Of a stretch of 64,000 nt of DNA, positions 54,331-64,000 are shown one piece after another. The position numbers and the translations under genes are program-made. This DNA comes from the human T2T-CHM13v2.0 reference genome, Homo sapiens. The number at the start of each line of letters is the position of its first letter. Position 1 is the first letter of the stretch. The notes under the pieces were generated by a model that was not told where the DNA came from, ran no database searches, and saw only the letters and a list, made by a program, of their open reading frames with translations. The stretch lies in NCBI RefSeq assembly GCF_009914755.1, contig NC_060926.1. One strand, given 5' to 3'.

Positions 54331-56665
54331 CTTTTTTACTTGATCAAGTCCAATTTTGCTATTTTTACCTTTGAGTCTGATTACCATGCTGATTTTGTTT
54401 CCAAAGGTAAAGCAGCCCATTCCCTCCCGTGAAGAGCCGCAGAAGGTGCTTTGGTTACAATAGGTTAATGGGGCTAATCCACAATTCACACTTCTCTATG
54501 ATCTCTCCTGGCTTGTGAAATAGGCTGTAGATTCAAAGTCAGGAAAAGCAAAGCCTGTTGTACAAGAAAAAAATAAAACAGCAACAACAAAAACTGCCCT
54601 TTTTATTCCCATGCTAGTTATATTAACTGCTATAGCTCTGCTCTCCATTTTGTCAACCCTATTTACAATTAGTCTTAGGGTCACTTTTACACCTTTGGTA
54701 AACATGATTCTCAGTGTATAACCTTATTCCTTCCACTCTTTGCATTTCTTCAGGTGGATAAGAGTTTATAAATTTTTTACCTTGGCTCTAGTTTCTCAAT
54801 TGCTTGTCTCAAATCTGCATCAGTCTTTCAAACAGCCTTGCCAAAATGTGTTGTAAAACAGGGACTCATTGAGAGCTACTGGCCATTATATGTTTAATAA
54901 AATCTAAGTCTCTTAACACTTTCATTTTCATTTGAGCAAGTTTGTCCTGCTAGGAACAAAGGAAGCATAGGCTTAGGCTGGTGAATGAAACACATTCAGA
55001 GACTTTGGAACGGTGGCTGGCTAATTGCAAGCAACTGAAAGATTCCTTTACACTTGGGATTTTCTTTTCATTTTAAATTATAGCTTTTCTGCTTTTGTAT
55101 ATTTGATCCAAAGGGAGAGCCACAGGAATCTACCCAATGGCCCTGCCTTAGGAAAGGAGTAGGGATAAAAAATGCTAACCAGTTCTGAAATTCTGATTAG
55201 TATAGAGAGGATACACAGACAATGTGATCGAGATGTAGTGCAGTGAATGTTCTAATCTGAGCATGGCAAGGATCAAACATAAGACATTTAGAGCAGAGAG
55301 AAGGAATTAAAGCCATAATTAACGTGGAGAAAATATTATGCTACATGCATTCTCAGAGTAGGAAAGAAAATGGAAATGAATAGATTTTAAAAGTATGTAA
55401 AATGTGATTTTATAAAATTTTAGAATAAGTAGATTAGCAGAAGCATACAGTATTAGCAGGCATAATGTTTCCACTTTTCTTATCATGAATGCCTTAATTA
55501 TTGCCACAAAATGAAACACAATAGGACTTATTATTACCATGTCCATTTAGCAATGAATTTTATAATAGTACCTTTTTTAGTGGGAGTCTTTCTAATCATA
55601 TGGATGGAATGAATAATTAGGATGTTCTGCTACGTTATAGATAGAAGGCTATGATAGGACATGTCCCACTGTTTCAAAGTTAGCTATGAGCTTGTTGTCT
55701 TTCAACCTCAAAACTATACAGAACATATTGATGTAGAAAACAAAACAATCTTCCACAATGGACACAGAGATTTCTTAGATGAAAAGAAAATTAAGATTAA
55801 TGAGGCAATAATGGCTGGCTTAGTGTATAGTCAACAGTTCCCTGTGGGCATTACACACCTCGTTTTGAAGTTTATATATGGCTTTATTTTTAAAAAGAAA
55901 TATTTACCATAAAATCCTTTTCCACATAACCTGTTATTGTTAGCTATAGATCACTGGTAACCTGTTATTTTTTTGTGCGTGTGTGGTCTTTTTTGTTGTT
56001 GTTTGTTTGTTTGTTTTTTACCCAAACAAATGAACCTAATATGTATATGATTTTGTTTTCCTTTTCTGGTTTAGCCTTATGCCAAGAAAAATAAATACAT
56101 GTATAGTAAAAGAAAAAAGCTTACTAGATATATGGACTTTTAAAATTCTACCCCATCTGAGGCTTAAAATGTTATTTAAACATTTTAAATAATATGAACA
56201 AACATTTAGAATATTAGATATCATTACAGAAAAATTATTACATTAAAAACTTGTTTTCCTAAAACATTCCCTAAAAATAGCAAATCATGGCTTTGCTATT
56301 CTTAAATGTTTCTGTTGAAATTATTTTCTCTATAACAAACTTAAATAAGTCAGATAAGAAAATTATTAAATGTTTGTGAGGAGAGGGTAGGAAAGTGAGT
56401 GGAGAAGATACCGTAATCAACAAAACACCAAAACTAAGAATTTGTGGAAATTGAAGATTTTGTTAAAAAATGAATCTGCTTTTACTTTTATGGTCTGTTT
56501 ATGCCTACTAGTAGAATTTTCAAAATTTCAGAGCAATGATATCATTATATTGTTTTAAATTGGCTAAAATTATAAATGTGTATATAAATCACATACTAGT
56601 TTCAGACAATTTTCTTCCTAAAACCTTAGATGTCTGCTACAGATTTAGATGAATCATTTTAAAAC

Positions 56666-56816
56666 TTATTAGCTATATAAATATATATTATATATATTAT
56701 ATATATAGCTTATTAGTTATATAATAAGCTTATAGTTTATAATATAAGCTTATATAGCTATAAGCTTATAGCTTATTAGCTATATATGTAGCATATATAT
56801 ATAAATATATATAAAA
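56666..56816. repeat. AT-rich tract of overlapping palindromes with AGCT/AAGCTT cores
   Basis: ATATAAGCTTATAT 56742-56755 and AGCTATAAGCTTATAGCT 56756-56773 are perfect palindromes. Confidence 0.85.
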
Positions 56817-57759
56817 TGAGTACAGGATTCAAAGTGTTCAATCTTCTTACCCTAAGAAACTGACAAAAAAGGTTCCTTGAGTTAGAGAGCAGCAGGATGA
56901 AATTACTTCATCGGGATAGGGCACTAAAAAGCTGAAAATATATTATCATTTCTTCTTTCTAAATCTGTGTAGTGGTAATTGTATGTATGGGAAGTAGGAA
57001 GAGATCACAAAGACTTCCATTTCTATTCGTAGCCTCTCAGACTTTTTTTTTTTTCATAGCCGTCTGGCTCATTTATGCTGTATCATTCCTTCTAATCTCC
57101 TTTATAAGAATAAAGGATAATGAATAATGCACATATGTAACTATAATAGCTGTCTTTTCATTTTAGGAAAATCATACTGTGTGTGTGTGTGCATGTGTTT
57201 GTATTTTGTTAGATTATCTTTCAAATTCAGAGAAATTATCAAGCACTTGCCTTCCATATAAATATTATGATGCCATTCATGTTATTTTCTCAGTTGTCTT
57301 AAAAATTCAAATGAATTACTAGAGTTCCATAACAATCTAATTACTATCCTATGTCTAAACCATGCCTGTGTTATTCCGCCATTTCTTTCCTCATTCCCCA
57401 AAGTAATCCCCCTGCTTTTTCTAAGCAAGTTCTCTTCTCGAAGTTTCATGAAAACCCATGCTCACCTCTTCTTTGGCACCTTTTTATATTCTGTTGGCTT
57501 ATGCCTCCATTGTTCTCATCCTCCTTTAATCACTACTAATCTCAACTTTTATTTCCTTTAAGATCTCAAAGAAGTCTGACTTTCTCAACCATTCTATTGA
57601 CGAGTTCAGAGTTAATCACTAAATTCTTATAGGTCACTTTTTTGACATGTCATTCATAGTATTTTGCATTTTTTTCTTCCTTTTTGTCTTATGTCTATCA
57701 AATGCATTTCAATGTCCCTTTGCATGGAAGACATGTCTTCAACAAATGAATTACAAAGT

Positions 57760-57910
57760 CAAAATTCCTGGCTCTGCTGCTTATTAGTTGAGATACAAGT
57801 TAATTAAATCATTCTTAGCTTTGATTTTTCCACTGAGAAAATGAAAAATATAAAATAAAACTCACTTCAGAGCATTATGGTGAGAATAAAATGACTTATG
57901 TAAATAGCTT
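57760..57910 (+). mobile_element. MIR
   Basis: aattcctggctctgctgcttattagttg...gaaaatgaaaa...ggtgagaataaaatga. Confidence 0.65.
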
Positions 57911-59379
57911 AGCCAGTTGTTGCTTGTAGAAAGTTACCAAAATATGATATATAGGTTCCCTTCTCTATAATTTTATATGCCCAAAGAGTAGCTAGCAAAA
58001 TGTCTTCCTTGTAACCATGCTTGGAAATTCTTGGTAATAATGAAAAACTACTGTTCTCATGCCAGACTGATATTTTACATTCATTATTTTTCTCACCCAC
58101 CATAAGAAGTACAATATCATTAATTTTAGATTTTTAAGTTAATGGCAAGTAAGATTATTAATACCACCGCTCAAAATCAAACCATGTTTTTGTTTGTTAG
58201 TTTTGGGTTAATGAAAATTAGAACTGTGTTTTTGTATATGAATAACAGCAAACTAAAATTTTTCTTCTTAATTTACTATTCTTCAAGCAAAATACCAAAA
58301 CCATACTGAAGACACAGTAGGGAGTATTTGAAAGGTAGCAATCTTATAAACCTCAATCTGTTTCTTAAATCCTTCCAACTCAATTTTCACATTAGAAGTA
58401 AATAATATTGCCTCTCATTCTGACATAGGCTACCAGTTAAACAAAGCCATCCTTTTTTACCTTTCAATGTTTGTTGTAGAGCTGGTATAAAACCTTGGAA
58501 AATAAAGAAATAATTCTGTTTAAATAAAATGAAACTTTTGACCTTTTTTCCTCCTAGACTATAATTATATTAATAGACTAACAAAAATTTAAGCAGAGAA
58601 AGGTGAAGATATAAGGGATAGAAATAAATCTTTACTCTTGAAATTCATATAAACTTATTAAGAGGTATAATCTTAAGCAATACCATAATATCATGATTTA
58701 ACTTGTGATGATTTCCACACACGACTTAATGAGTTCAACACAAGTATATTCATGATATCAACTTGTAGCTCTTTCTGTGAACCAGTCTTGTTTGAATCCC
58801 TTCCCAATATCTAACTCATGAGACATAGACTCTACTATCTAAGCAGTGAGTCTTCAGGACTAGTTTACCTAGGGAGAGGATTTCTCCATCAAAATAAGTG
58901 AGGACATCAAGAAGCAGGATGTGCCATAGGACTCAGTGCAGATCATGTAGGACTGCTCAAGTCCATAATGCTCAGAGAAAACAGCAGTGTTGCAGGAGTC
59001 ATAGACACGATGGAAAGAAGGATATTGGGCTAATAGACTTGGATTATATTATAAATAGTGAGGACAAGCAGGTCAAGAGTAATACCTTAGAACAACTCTT
59101 TCTGAAAAACAATTAGTTGGTTGAGGCTGTGCACTACATTATGGTTTGAAGAAAGCTAGTTCTAAAAACATATTTTACTTTTTTGAACAAGATTTTGTAA
59201 GTTTTCCTTCTCTCAACAATAATCAGATATTATGTTTTAGGAACAGATTTAAAAGTGTATTCTACCTGAAGGAATTCTCTATTTTACTTAATTGGGATAA
59301 GAAGCAACTAACAGAATTACTGAACTCATATTAGGTAATGGGAAGTATGATTACATAGCACTATTCTGAATTCATGAAA

Positions 59380-59710
59380 AGTTCTTCTTTCCTTGTCTGC
59401 TTGAGAAACTTCTAGTCATCCTATAAAATGTCATTCAAACAAAGTTACTGCTTATGGCTTCCAAGAGACCTAGTCACCCTTTCAGAAGAATGATCACTCT
59501 CTCCTATGAATGATGGCTATATCTTACACACCACTTTATTACCACATTTACTGTGGGATACACATTTTTAAAATTATTATTTGTCAGTTTCCTACTCTAT
59601 AGTTAGAGTCAACAGATAAGTGTATTTTTCAACTTTATTATCTCAGTACCAAATACAGAGTTTACTAAATAGTATGCACCCAATAACTGTTATTTTCACT
59701 ATGTTGAAAA
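59380..59710 (+). mobile_element. L2 3' fragment
   Basis: aacttctagtcatcc...tatctcagtaccaaatacagag...aatagtatgcacccaataactgtt. Confidence 0.55.
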
Positions 59711-59927
59711 TGATAAATCAGGTTGTTGATTAAAAAATAATAAGACTCATTGTAGCATATAATTAATACAATTTTCCTAAAGTGTTTGAAAAGTATACAC
59801 CAAAATATTTTAAGAAATAAATATCAGTATTATTAAAAACAAGCAGTCAAAATATCTACTTTAATATAGAATGTTCATTTGGAGGTGTAAGCTCTCATTT
59901 CCTTTAAGCTTTAAATATGTATCCCTC

Positions 59928-60322
<395 letters not shown>

Positions 60323-61013
60323 TCAATCTGTCATCTTGAATTGCTAAATAAAGCACTGGCCACATTCTTGGGGGTAGGTTTGGTCAGCAGATACATTTTG
60401 ATTGGTCCACTGAGAGTTGAAAAATGCTTGGATTAGTTACAAGAATTTGAACATAAAGATTTGTTTCACACAACACTGGATATCATGCGACTCTTCGACT
60501 GTGAGAAGATCAAGCTACAATGAATCTACTTTCCTACAGGTCCACAATTAGATGGAGCTACCACACTTAAGTGAGGTAACTCTTTGGTTTGTCACAACCT
60601 TTACCAATTCCTTTTGCTTTATGTATGCTCCTGCCTGGCCCTTGTAGATATTTTATTTATAATCCTTGGACCAGACCTTTTAATTTTTTAACTTTTTCTC
60701 CCCAAGCATTGCCTTCTGCCAAACACAAAAATGGTACTCACACTCCACTATATTTCTACTCCTTGTTTCCTCACTCATCTAGAAAACATTTTGAGTAAAA
60801 TTAAGACTTTTATATTGTTTTGTTAATTTTATTAAAGGAAGTTTTAAGATGAGTATTTTGTGTTTTGAATTGCAAACACTTAAATGTTTCCAGGTTTCAT
60901 GAGACACAAATGCATACACAAAGAACAATACAGTACATAGAAGGGTTAAATTTTATAATTCAAGGTCAATGTACTTTATAAAACTTCAAATGTTAAATTG
61001 AAACTGGTAGCTC

Positions 61014-61247
61014 TAAATGATGAGAAAACATGGACACATGAGGGGGAACAACACACACTGGGGCCTGTCGGAGGGCAGGAGGTGAGAAGAGGGAGAGGAT
61101 CAGGAGAATAGCTAATGGATGCTGGGCTTAATACCTGGGTGATGGGATGATCTGTGCAGCAAACCACCATGGCACACGTTTACTTATGCAACAAACCTCC
61201 ACATCCTGTACACATAACCCTGAACTTAGAATAAAAGTTGGTAAAAG
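61014..61247 (+). mobile_element. L1PA11-13-like 3'UTR fragment
   Basis: ctaaatgatgagaaaacatggacac...atagctaatggatgctgggcttaatacctgggtgatgggatgatctgtgcagcaaaccacc. Confidence 0.88.
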
Positions 61248-62129
61248 ACCCACAAAACCTGTTAGCTCTGAGAAAGTTACAGTTGACAAAAGCAGAAAGG
61301 TTATCTTTTTCATAGATGGTAGAGAACCATCATCTTCAACCTTGAAATATATAAATGACTTCAGAGAAAATTTTAAAGAAGTAAAACAAAAGGTAGTAGA
61401 AGAGATTTGGGAGATAAATTTCTCAAAGTATTTTTTTAAAAAAGTAAGAAAAGAAAACTGGGTGATGGCCTTACATCTTCAAAAATGACTGATTGAAGAT
61501 GTCAGCAACAATTGTCCCTGAAAAATTATTTTGGTGTCATGCTTCTGAAGGGGTTTCCTTACCGTCTGACTTGTTATAATAAAAATAGGTGAACTTGTAG
61601 TTTGGAACTTTGTAGTGAAAGCTATGATGCTTTAACATATTAAAGATGATTGCAAGCAAGATTGTCCAGTTGGGCTATTAAAATGAGTCACTTTAGAAAA
61701 CTGACATTTTCAAAATTTCCTCCCACAGTTAAATTGTTCCAGAAGAAATTTAGAAATAGCACTGCTTATGGATTGAACTTTTAGATGGGTAATTTGCCTA
61801 CATAGATTCAAAAGTCTAAATTTTTTTTCTGGAAATAGTAAGATTAACTTAGTAAATATGGTGTTCTTATACTAAAGAGCTGAGCATTACAAGTATAACT
61901 ATGATTCTATTATTGTTATATGAAATAAAAGATTTTATTTGATTTTTATTTCTAACACATTTAAAAAGGCCGAATCCTATTTAAAAAATAACCATGAAAT
62001 TATTTCAGGGCATCTAGAATTCTGCCTGCCTGAGAGGAGGTGATACCAGCCAGTTATATGAGGAGACGGGAGGAGGCGGTGTTTGATGGGTTGGTTTTTT
62101 ACCAATGGGTTTGTAAAAAAAACCAAAAT

Positions 62130-62290
62130 GAAGCTTTTTATTGCTTCAGTTTCTTCATCTGTAAACTAAGAATAATAATAGTGCCAAGGACCTTGGACAT
62201 AAAAATTACATAAGCTAATGCACGCAAAACACTGAGATTAGTGTAGGCTCATATAAATATTAAATAATTGTTAGCTGGCATTATTATTTC
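62130..62290 (+). mobile_element. MIR
   Basis: Core ttcagtttcttcatctgtaaactaagaataataatagt. Confidence 0.7.
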
Positions 62291-63435
62291 AAAAGACCTT
62301 AGTAAGTTTAGACTGAGTCCAAATAGTACAGCAGTCATAAATGATGTCCATAAAATCTGTGTACAGTTTGAATATTTCATGAGTTCACTTCTGTGTAATA
62401 TGTGACAATCTGCAAAATACAACAGAGAAAAAATCTACTCAAAAAATAAATTGTTAATGATTTCTTTGTTCTAATTATGTTTATTTTTCCAAATAATATA
62501 TTGACTATAATAAATAGCTGAATTCAAATGTATCCAAAATTATAGTGAATATTTTAAAATATAAATGTCTACAATTAAATGTTGAAAAACATCCTGCTCA
62601 TCTCAACATGGAAAGGTAGGACTTTGGCTGGAACTCAGGTACTATGGTTGAGTTGAAGAAGAGGAAAGCACATAAAATAGCATTTGGCCGATTATTTTTT
62701 CCTAATACAGAAATAAATTGAGGAGGCTGTGAATACACTGTATAACAAAGACACTATATAAGAAATATCAGTGTGTTAGCACTAAAATAGTTCATTATTT
62801 ATGTGATTAGAATAAGGACATTTGATAAACTTTTTTGATTTACTGTTTCTTGTAAAGATACATTACAGTTTATGTGCATTAGCATAATTTCAAGGCCCCA
62901 AAGGTAAATGTTATGGGAAGATAATTTATTTTGTTCATATTGTTTCTCCTTGTATTTTTTTGTTTATATCTCAGTAATATATGAATATTTAAATTTCATG
63001 ATGGCAACTATATTTACAGATAATTGAAGCCTGGATATTTTTAATTTAAAAAAAGATATTTGCATGGTCACTCTTCTAGCAAGTAAAATGATTTTGCATT
63101 GGTTATTTATTCACTAAAATTTCCACAAATATATTCTAAATAACAATTACTGCTCTAGCAGAATATAGTGGACTAAAAAAAACTACATTATAGTTTGCAG
63201 GAAAAGATGAGACAATTATTCATGATCAAGTAGAGTTTTCTAGACAATGAGCTCATCTCAGTAGTACATAAAAACAATACGTTCAAATATAATTCAATAA
63301 ATGGGCTAAAACCTATTTAAACCTTGAAACCTGTTATTTTTTCTCCAGAAAATGACAAACTTTAGAGAGAATTGGAAACTTAAGTAATCAGAGATTTCTT
63401 CCTAAAATATGGCTTAATTATTGACTTTGTTAGAG

Positions 63436-63437
<2 letters not shown>

Positions 63438-63485
<48 letters not shown>
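63438..63485. repeat. (GT)24 microsatellite
   Basis: Directly visible, uninterrupted. Confidence 0.97.
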
Positions 63486-63486
<1 letters not shown>

Positions 63487-63739
63487 TACAGTAAGCAAAG
63501 CAGAATTCTAGATATTGGAGATCCAAGTGGATTGAATATACCTGATCTCCAGGAGCATATGCTGGATGAGGTAGGTAAGTACACTGTCGAGCTCAAGCCC
63601 ATGTGGTAAACACTAATCAAATGATTTGGGAGTGCCATCGAAGGGAAACAATCTGCTTTCAGGATGTCGGGAAAAGGGACCTAGAGTTAGGCAGACGATG
63701 GAGAAAGGCAAAAGAGTTCAGCAAATAAGGAACAATATA

Positions 63740-64000
63740 TATATATATAGTGGTCCCTAGATCAGTACAAGGATAGTGGTGGCAACAGCAAAAGTAATAG
63801 AGTTAGGGAGGAGACAGGTAGACAGATAGGAGAGATATGTGTTCTTAAATAATGACTTAAGAAAAATAGCATAGATTGAAGGAAAATACTCAGGCTTCCA
63901 GGAAAGATGAAGTTTACAATCACATAGATAAAAAATACTGTTGTTAGAACAGGTTTGTGAAGGTTATGCCTGACATAACTGAGGAGTAATAAAGGTCAGT
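63740..64000 (-). mobile_element. L2 fragment
   Basis: aaggatagtggtggcaacag...agacagataggagagatat...actcaggcttcc...gaacaggtttg. Confidence 0.45.

Noticed and set aside
60539-60574. 36-nt candidate microexon (cctacag ... gag/gtaact)
   Set aside because: Stops in all three frames and no other support; needs RNA-seq
61147-61488. 113-aa ORF with a protein-like charged tail
   Set aside because: Starts inside an L1 3'UTR; no recognisable domain or splice structure

Overview
AT-rich, CpG-poor human non-coding DNA; an AluYa5 carrying all five diagnostic changes points to human. I found no cellular protein-coding exon. The ORF-track hits are transposon fragments (L1 ORF2, ERVL gag/pol, Tigger HTH, Alu) or chance frames. 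The window is a layered record of mobile elements: 8 Alus, about 10 L1 pieces (three 5'-inverted by twin priming), solo LTRs (THE1D, MER41A, MER50, MST, MLT1, MLT2A), two ERVL internal fragments, DNA transposons (MER1A, MER3, MER20, MER82, Tigger5/MER47), L2 and MIR. Subfamily names come from recalled consensus sequences, and edges of old repeats are approximate. Most notable: a tailless 5S rRNA retrocopy primed by microhomology, an AluY that re-used an L1 target site, a decayed hAT transposase missed by the ORF track, an ~830-bp AT minisatellite with 13/15-bp higher-order structure, several local duplications, and nested inverted L1/Alu pairs. The sequence alone does not support a new biological system here.
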